Part shown: positions 8,032-21,795 of the stretch, one piece after another
Layout of the letters: each line of letters starts with the position of its first letter
Numbering within the stretch: the stretch's first letter is position 1
Origin: Photobacterium aphoticum
GTDB lineage: Bacteria; Pseudomonadota; Gammaproteobacteria; Enterobacterales; Vibrionaceae
Reading direction: 5' to 3'
Length of the DNA: 24,000 nt
NCBI RefSeq assembly: GCF_001029435.1
Contig: NZ_LDOV01000053.1
Location: forward strand, 14,592-38,591
The notes under the pieces: model-generated
What the model was told of the DNA's origin: nothing
Databases searched by the model: none
The model's input: the letters and a program-made list of their open reading frames with translations, nothing else
Made by a program: the position numbers and the translations under genes

Positions 8032-8960
8032 TGAAGCACTCCCCTTACGCGTTAGGCGCCACCTTGTACATGCCCGCGACACGTGATGACATTGTTCAGG
8101 TCGCGCTGCGCAATAAGATCCCGCATCTGCGTTCGATGGTGATTTGCCTTGAAGATGCGGTGGCCGATCACGAGGTTGAACAAGCACTCGCTAACTTAAT
8201 CACGATCACCCGCCAGTTAGCGACACACCGTCGTGATCATGAACAACCGATCATTTTTATCCGCCCAAGAGATTTAGACATGGCCGCCCACATTGTGGCG
8301 CACTATGACTTAACCGGTATTGATGGGTTTGTGTTCCCGAAATTTACCTTAGCAACCCTGCCCGAATGGGAAGCGATCACCGCCTCTACCCATTTGATGT
8401 GGATGCCGACGTTAGAAACCCAAGAGGTGTTTGACGGGCAAGCCATGCAGCAATTAGCCAATGCCTTGCATGCTAGCCCGATGCGGGATCGGATCATTGC
8501 ACTGCGTATTGGCGGTAACGATTTGATGAGTATTTTAGGAATCCGCCGCTCTCGCCATGCGACCATCTATGAAGGGCCGCTCAATTACGTGATGAAAATG
8601 CTCACCTGCACCTTTGGGGCCAAAGGCTTTGCCCTCACCTCGCCGGTGTTTGAACTGATCGATAACGTGGAGCTGCTCGAACAAGAACTGCAATTGGATT
8701 TGATCCACGGCTTAGTCGGCAAAACCGCCATTCACCCAAGCCAAATTGCCTGCATTCATGAAGCCTGGATGGTTGACCCGTCAGAATATGAAGACGCAAT
8801 CCGCATCATCAACAGCACACAAGCGGTGTACCAGCATGGCGGCGCGATGTGTGAGCCCGCGACGCATCGGCAATGGGCGAAAAATATTTTAGAGCGCCGT
8901 CAGTTGTTTGGCTTGCGCACACCCGAAGCGGCCAATGCCAAAGAGTTTGTTCATCTATAA
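8028..8960 (+). CDS. HpcH/HpaI aldolase / citrate-lyase beta (CitE)-like TIM-barrel C-C bond lyase
   Basis: CitE-type signature MVICLEDAVAD near the N-terminus, RIGGNDL, and GKTAIHPSQI (similar to the CitE 'K..IHP.Q' block). ATGA overlap with the preceding gene. Confidence 0.8.
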   Translation: MMKHSPYALGATLYMPATRDDIVQVALRNKIPHLRSMVICLEDAVADHEVEQALANLITITRQLATHRRDHEQPIIFIRPRDLDMAAHIVAHYDLTGIDGFVFPKFTLATLPEWEAITASTHLMWMPTLETQEVFDGQAMQQLANALHASPMRDRIIALRIGGNDLMSILGIRRSRHATIYEGPLNYVMKMLTCTFGAKGFALTSPVFELIDNVELLEQELQLDLIHGLVGKTAIHPSQIACIHEAWMVDPSEYEDAIRIINSTQAVYQHGGAMCEPATHRQWAKNILERRQLFGLRTPEAANAKEFVHL

Positions 8961-8990
8961 TCAACCTTTCTCATGCCAACAGCTAATGCA

Positions 8991-9037
8991 GAGTCAGTGC
9001 TTTCTCCCTCTCTTGAAACACTGGCTCTTTTTCTTTT
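8991..9037 (+). terminator. Intrinsic terminator of the four-gene operon
   Basis: GAGTCAGTG(c)TTTC ... GAAACACTGGCTC stem (9+4 bp, one bulge, one G-U pair) followed by TTTTTCTTTT, starting 30 nt after the stop at 8960. Confidence 0.7.
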
Positions 9038-9207
9038 GTGGCAAATGATTAACCCCATTGATTCAATCAACAATCACTCCATCGAAAAAACTGACCAAGA
9101 TGGTCAATGTCATGCGGTTTTCTGTGGTGTGTCATACGCCTACACTCACAGACAGAGACGATAGAACAAGCTCACAAACAGAAAATCGACCAGCAGGAGA
9201 CAGCATT

Positions 9208-9903
9208 ATGATCACACTCCGTCATGCCAACGAACGCGGCCAAGCAGACTTCGGCTGGCTCCAGACGCACCATTCTTTTTCTTTTGGGGAGTATTACGAT
9301 CCTGCTCACATGGGCTTTTCCGCCCTGCGTGTGATCAATGATGACATCGTTCAACCCGGCGCAGGGTTTGATACCCACGGCCATAAAGACATGGAAATCA
9401 TCACCTTTGTCCTCAAGGGCAGCATTGCCCACAAAGACAGCGAAGGGAATGTGGAAACCCTTCCAGCAGGAGAATTCCAACTGATGTCAGCTGGCCGAGG
9501 GATCGCCCACAGTGAGTTCAACCCATCAAGTACCGAGACGTTGCATTTGCTGCAGATTTGGATCCAACCCAATACCATCGGCGGCCAACCGGGTTACCAA
9601 CAAAAAGCCTTTGCCGTGCAAACCGGATTAACGCCAATCGCAACGCCAGACGGTCAACAAGGCACACTACACATCAAGCAAGATGCGACACTGTATCAAC
9701 TAACGCTGCCGCCTCAGACTGCACACACCCTGTCTGTTACAGCTGCTCGTCAGGTGTACATTCATCAGGTGGAAGGAGCATTAACGGTGAATGATGTGGC
9801 GTTATTGGCAGGTGATGGGGCGAAAATCCGTGATGAAAACACGCTGACACTGCGCAATACCGGTGACAGCACCGTCACGGCGCTGGTGTTTGATTTGCCG
9901 TAA
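9208..9903 (+). CDS. yhhW: Pirin-family protein (YhhW-like quercetinase-type cupin, 231 aa)
   Basis: MITLRHANERGQADFGWLQTHHSFSFGEYYDPAHMGFSALRVINDD and THGHKDMEIITFVLKG align closely with E. coli YhhW as I recall it, at the same length. An AGGAGA RBS lies 7 nt upstream of the ATG at 9208. The ORF-track start at 9058 adds 50 non-homologous codons. Confidence 0.88.
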   Translation: MITLRHANERGQADFGWLQTHHSFSFGEYYDPAHMGFSALRVINDDIVQPGAGFDTHGHKDMEIITFVLKGSIAHKDSEGNVETLPAGEFQLMSAGRGIAHSEFNPSSTETLHLLQIWIQPNTIGGQPGYQQKAFAVQTGLTPIATPDGQQGTLHIKQDATLYQLTLPPQTAHTLSVTAARQVYIHQVEGALTVNDVALLAGDGAKIRDENTLTLRNTGDSTVTALVFDLP

Positions 9904-9932
9904 TGGATACGGATTCAATTTCACAATGTGTC

Positions 9933-9973
9933 AAAAAATCCCTGTTGTTCAGGCAGTAACTGAACAACAGGGA
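9933..9973 (-). terminator. Intrinsic terminator for ygjH (may also stop pirin transcription)
   Basis: 14-bp perfect stem TCCCTGTTGTTCAG / CTGAACAACAGGGA with a 7-nt loop. The A6 run at 9933-9938 gives a U-tract on the minus strand; there is no U-tract on the plus strand. Confidence 0.8.
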
Positions 9974-10027
9974 AAGCAGGTTGTATGAATATAATAGTGA
10001 ATATAAAGATTGATGAAACAGTCGCCG

Positions 10028-10398
<371 letters not shown>

Positions 10399-10666
10399 AA
10401 ATTTTATATTACCGTATCAGTCATCACCATAAACAAAAATGCACTTATCTCCATTTCAAGATCCCGATCACGTCTCTCTTTCACCAAACATCATGCCAAT
10501 CATTGCGTCCAAAAGGGTATTTTCGCCCCTATCATCAGGGAACTAGCCCCCAAATGGGGTGATTTTGTCCGCAAAAGTCGCCCATTTACATACACAAACA
10601 CACAATTTTACTAAAAGTTTGTGCATCGATTCGTTGCTGTTTAGAATGGAGATTGATAAAAGCTGA

Positions 10667-11704
<1,038 letters not shown>

Positions 11705-11736
11705 TCCCTCATTCTGTTTCAGCCCCTCCTCTTTAT

Positions 11737-11763
11737 AAAGCACTGCTCGCAGTGCTTTTTTTT
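11737..11763 (+). terminator. Intrinsic terminator after ebgR
   Basis: AAAGCACTG-ctcg-CAGTGCTTT stem-loop running into a run of 8 T, starting 33 nt after the ebgR stop. Confidence 0.85.
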
Positions 11764-11887
11764 ATAAATCCGCACGCATAACCACCACCTCGACAGCATT
11801 TTCAACAACTCCAGCCTGCCTCGCGCGTTTTTCATACCGCGATCACAACTTGCGTGCTTCATCCCCAGATAAACGTGACCAAGTTAA

Positions 11888-11930
11888 AGTAAAACATTTT
11901 CACTGATTTATTTTAGTAAAAGTTTTACTA
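11888..11930. promoter_or_regulatory. Paired operator-like sites upstream of ebgA (probable EbgR operators)
   Basis: TAGTAAAA-G-TTTTACTA is a perfect 8+1+8 palindrome at 11914-11930. An imperfect copy, AGTAAAACATTTTCACT, lies at 11888-11904. Both are about 95-135 nt upstream of the ebgA start. Confidence 0.6.
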
Positions 11931-11931
11931 A

Positions 11932-15594
<3,663 letters not shown>

Positions 15595-15630
15595 TCACTT
15601 TCATCACAAGTAAGGCTTTAACCCAAAGAA

Positions 15631-15662
15631 GAAGGACGGCAGTCGCTGGCTGCCAGTCCTTC
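15631..15662 (+). other. Stable RNA hairpin without U-tract in the ebgC-transporter spacer
   Basis: GAAGGAC-GGCAG-tcgctgg-CTGCC-(A)-GTCCTTC gives 12 bp with one bulge. It is followed by AAATCT, so it is not a canonical terminator. Confidence 0.5.
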
Positions 15663-15814
15663 AAATCTGGTAGTCCTTCAAAACATGAACACCTGTAACA
15701 CCTGTTTTTGACAGATAGAGACAACGTCAAAAACACAAGAAACACCGTAATACCAAGCGCTCTAAGAAATAAGCAATAAGAACAAAGCAATAACAACACC
15801 TACATATAACGTGA

Positions 15815-17275
<1,461 letters not shown>

Positions 17276-17311
17276 CCCATCACACAAAACGGAACAAAAA
17301 ATCATACCCGA

Positions 17312-17339
17312 GCAGAGAGAACGTGAGCGTTCTCTCTGC
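17312..17339 (+). other. Perfect 12-bp hairpin between the two transporter genes (no U-tract)
   Basis: GCAGAGAGAACG-tgag-CGTTCTCTCTGC, 37 nt after the stop of copy 1 and followed by ACATACAT. It may be a processing or stability element or a weak terminator. Confidence 0.55.
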
Positions 17340-17456
17340 ACATACATAACAAAAAGGTTATATCCAAGCCCTCTCTTATCACGAAGAGTACCAAACAGCG
17401 TGAATCAGAGGGCTTCGCTATCACCACGCAACACGCTAAATCGATAAAAGTAATAA

Positions 17457-18905
<1,449 letters not shown>

Positions 18906-18936
18906 TCACTCAACACAAAGCACAATCCAAATACTC

Positions 18937-18962
18937 GCGAGCGTCTTGGCGCTCGCTTTTTT
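18937..18962 (+). terminator. Intrinsic terminator after transporter copy 2
   Basis: GCGAGCG-tcttgg-CGCTCGC followed by TTTTTT, starting 32 nt after the stop. Confidence 0.8.
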
Positions 18963-19199
18963 ATTCCAATCACAATCTCATCATGGCTTCACCGCCTTCC
19001 CCTTTCAGCGTTCACTCTCACGCTTAGGATCCTGCCATTTTCTGTTTCGCAAAAAGCAAACCGCACATTTTCAAGCTGCATGTCGCAATATCAAGAAGCG
19101 GTCGCAATAGTAATAATAGTATCTATAAATCAAACAATTAATTATTGGCCTCAATATTGCTTATCTACTGTATGTCATGTCAGGCTAGGTAGGGAAACG

Positions 19200-19928
19200 A
19201 TGATGAACAAGGCCTTTTTACTTTATCTCTTCGCCGTATTACTGGGTTGTTCTAGTGCACAAGCCTCGCTGCTGTTTACGATTGAAGATGCCTACATTGA
19301 AGAATCGCAAATTTCCGATCCCAAGCAGGTCGAAACTTTTGATGATTGGACGACAGGGACATTCAACGGCACGATTACCGCCGAATTTGGGGAATACGAA
19401 GTGCTCAACGGCGTGCCTCAAATTAAAGCGGCCAATGTGTATGGTGGCGCAGGCGGGGAGGGTAATTATCTTTTTGTGAGCCCTCAGCAAAACACGCAGG
19501 TGTTACTGACTTTTAATGATCCTGTCGGTTATTTCGGGTTTTGGTGGAGTGCTGGGGATGCCGGTAACAAACTGCAGGTAGAAACCTTTAAGACGACCTA
19601 TGAATTTACCACTGCAGATGTATTCCAAGGTGATGCCCTGACCATGAATCACTACGGCAACACAAACTTCAGCGGCGGAAATGGCGGCGAACCTTATGGT
19701 TTCTTGAACTTGTATGCGACATCGGATGAATACAAAATCAAGTCGATCAAATTTTATGGCTCTAACTTTGAAAGTGACAACCACACCGTCGCTGGTGCAT
19801 TGCAAAACCCAACGGGTACTGTGATTGTGACCGTGTCCGAACCCGCTCACCTCGGCGCATTGGCGCTGGCACTGCTGCCCTTGGTGCATGCACGTCGCAC
19901 ACGCATGACCAACACGATTCGCGCATGA
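19200..19928 (+). CDS. Secreted protein with a PEP-CTERM-like C-terminal sorting signal (242 aa)
   Basis: N-terminal signal peptide MMNKAFLLYLFAVLLGCSSAQA, which contains both an LLGC lipobox-like site and an AQA|S SPase I site. The C-terminus VSEP-AHLGALALALLPLVHA-RRTR fits the P-E-P / hydrophobic helix / basic cluster pattern. The internal YGGAGGEGNY and YFGFWWSAGDAGN blocks resemble exosortase-dependent surface proteins as I recall them. The ATG at 19200 follows AGGTAGGGAAA; the ORF-track start at 19080 adds 40 codons. Confidence 0.65.
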   Translation: MMNKAFLLYLFAVLLGCSSAQASLLFTIEDAYIEESQISDPKQVETFDDWTTGTFNGTITAEFGEYEVLNGVPQIKAANVYGGAGGEGNYLFVSPQQNTQVLLTFNDPVGYFGFWWSAGDAGNKLQVETFKTTYEFTTADVFQGDALTMNHYGNTNFSGGNGGEPYGFLNLYATSDEYKIKSIKFYGSNFESDNHTVAGALQNPTGTVIVTVSEPAHLGALALALLPLVHARRTRMTNTIRA

Positions 19929-19998
19929 CAATCCTATCCGTACACCCAACCACCAAATGACGCGGAAAGGGTGGTGTCTTCGTCACCAATTTCTCGTC

Positions 19999-20036
19999 AA
20001 AAAAGCGCGAAGAGCAGGATGCCCTTCGCGCTTTTC
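19999..20036. terminator. Bidirectional intrinsic terminator between convergent genes
   Basis: AAAAA-AGCGCGAAG-(11-nt loop)-CTTCGCGCT-TTTC: a 9-bp GC-rich stem flanked by an A-run and a T-run. It lies between the stops at 19928 (+) and 20071 (-). Confidence 0.75.
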
Positions 20037-20070
20037 TCTTTACGTTATCCAGTCACGACAATGATATGAC

Positions 20071-21504
20071 TTACACCAACGCTGCTTTCTCTGCCGCAAA
20101 TGCAGCCAGGATTTTCTCCACCGACGTCAATACATCCTCTTGGCTGGTGTGGTAATTCAGAATCGAAATCAGCATCGTTTTCAGGCCTTTATAACCGGAT
20201 GTTGATGGGTACAAATACCCTTCCTGCTGCAAGCGATGCACCACGCGTTCTGTCAGCACATCACGGGAAGCCGTATCACCCGTGCCAAATTGCACAGAGA
20301 ATCGATTCGACACGACATCATTCAATACCGTAATGCCTTCCACTTCTGCCAGTTGTGCTGCCATCAATTTGGCCAAATCTGTACAGTTATCCAAATGCGC
20401 AGCAATACCGGCTTTACCTAATGACTTAAAGGCCGCATATACCGGTACGCCACGGGCACGGCGTGATGCTGCAATACCAAAGTTAATCGCATTACGATCT
20501 GGCTTGGCCATCGCATCATTGAGGTAATCACCCATATTGTTGCCGCCCATGGCTATGGTGATCGCGGATGGATCTTTCACAATCACCATACCGCAGTCGT
20601 ACGGCATGTTGAACCACTTGTGGCCGTCAGTATCAATGGAATCGATGCGCTCGATACCTTTCAACAAATGCTTTTGTTTATCACTGGCGGCGGCCCACAG
20701 GCCAATCGCACCATCAACATGGCACCACGCATTCGGGTGTGCCGCTACGCAATCGGCAATCTCATCAAACAAATCAAACGCACCGGAATCGATACAGCCC
20801 GCTTGTGCACACACCAAGGTCGGCCCTTCACAGTTGGCCATAATGTCACGCAGTGCTTCCGGCAACATACGCAAGTTATCATCGGTCGGCACTTTAATGA
20901 TGTCGTTCAGGCCGATACCGATCATCGATAGTGCACGCTTAATGGTGGAATGGATTTGATCGCTGAGAACCACATTGATACGCGGCGCGCCGTATAAGCC
21001 TTGCGTAGCGACATCCCACCCTGCTCGTTGCAACAAGGTGTTACGGGCGGTGATCAGCCCGGTATAAATCGCTTCCTGCGCCCCAGAGGTAAAGCCCACC
21101 GCTGAACCCGGCGTTAGCCCCAACAATTCCACCATCCATTCTGCAGCGGTTTCTTCCACCACCGCCATCGCAGGGCTGGAGACATAATACGGTACGTTTT
21201 GATCCCACGCGCTCACCAACCAGTCAGCGGCAAGGGAAGCTGGCAAAGCGCCACCAATGGCATAACCGAAGAAACGCGGGCCACCTGATGCAATCAGCCC
21301 TGCATCAACGTTTTTCACCATCTCATCAATCACGGCAGCCGGATCGCTACCCTCAAGCGGCAATGGTCCTCCAAGCGCATAACGCAGTTGCTCTGACGTG
21401 GCAACCTGATCGATTTTGCGCTCAGGCAGAGATTCAATGTACGAAACGGCGTGTTCACATGAACGTTGAAGCGGGGATTGATACTGATTAAATGCGTGTC
21501 CCAT
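20071..21504 (-). CDS. PLP-dependent group II amino-acid decarboxylase (aromatic-L-amino-acid/DDC-like fold, 477 aa)
   Basis: The PLP-lysine block DTDGHKWFNMPYDCGMVIVK parallels the DDC-type NPHKW...DCS..WVK motif. GFTSGAQEA and HVDGA(I)G blocks are also present. A GGAGGA RBS lies 7 nt upstream of the ATG at 21502-21504. The substrate cannot be inferred. Confidence 0.8.
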   Translation of the reverse strand: MGHAFNQYQSPLQRSCEHAVSYIESLPERKIDQVATSEQLRYALGGPLPLEGSDPAAVIDEMVKNVDAGLIASGGPRFFGYAIGGALPASLAADWLVSAWDQNVPYYVSSPAMAVVEETAAEWMVELLGLTPGSAVGFTSGAQEAIYTGLITARNTLLQRAGWDVATQGLYGAPRINVVLSDQIHSTIKRALSMIGIGLNDIIKVPTDDNLRMLPEALRDIMANCEGPTLVCAQAGCIDSGAFDLFDEIADCVAAHPNAWCHVDGAIGLWAAASDKQKHLLKGIERIDSIDTDGHKWFNMPYDCGMVIVKDPSAITIAMGGNNMGDYLNDAMAKPDRNAINFGIAASRRARGVPVYAAFKSLGKAGIAAHLDNCTDLAKLMAAQLAEVEGITVLNDVVSNRFSVQFGTGDTASRDVLTERVVHRLQQEGYLYPSTSGYKGLKTMLISILNYHTSQEDVLTSVEKILAAFAAEKAALV

Positions 21505-21795
21505 GGGACTGTCCTCCGGTCTTTATTGATGCCTCCATCCTAAGTGCAACCGATATTAAAAATTTACCATTTCACGACATCATGAGTATTCTATCTCTTA
21601 GCCTTAACGCGTATTTACCCCTTGTCGCCATACACGCAGATATAGAAATTGTCATTACTCCACTGATCACGAAATAAGCAATTGAACACCTAATTGCAAT
21701 TTTGTGATCTTAAGCCACGGAATGTTTCGACGTCTTTTTCGTTTTCGTTTCATTGCATTACATTTCATAGCAAATCCCCCACAGAGATATTAACC

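Noticed and set aside
9986-10006. Direct repeat TGAATATAA x2 (12-bp period) between the ygjH stop and its terminator
   Set aside because: It is a short AT-rich repeat in a 3' UTR-sized gap, with only two copies and no associated structure or ORF. It is probably fortuitous.
19503-19949. 148-aa minus-strand ORF antisense to the PEP-CTERM-like gene
   Set aside because: The plus-strand frame has a signal peptide, an RBS and a C-terminal sorting motif, while the antisense frame has none of these.
20537-20959. 140-aa and 103-aa plus-strand ORFs inside the decarboxylase gene
   Set aside because: They are antisense to a gene with a clear PLP-lysine motif and a strong RBS, so they are shadow ORFs.
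21492-21677. 61-aa plus-strand ORF in the decarboxylase/secreted-protein spacer
   Set aside because: It overlaps the decarboxylase start codon and RBS in antisense and has no RBS. The region is better explained as a divergent promoter spacer.
21703-21718. CRP-like half-site TGTGA-tcttaa-GCCAC upstream of the secreted-protein gene
   Set aside because: Only the left half matches the TGTGA-N6-TCACA consensus. The right half is poor, so I cannot support a CRP site.
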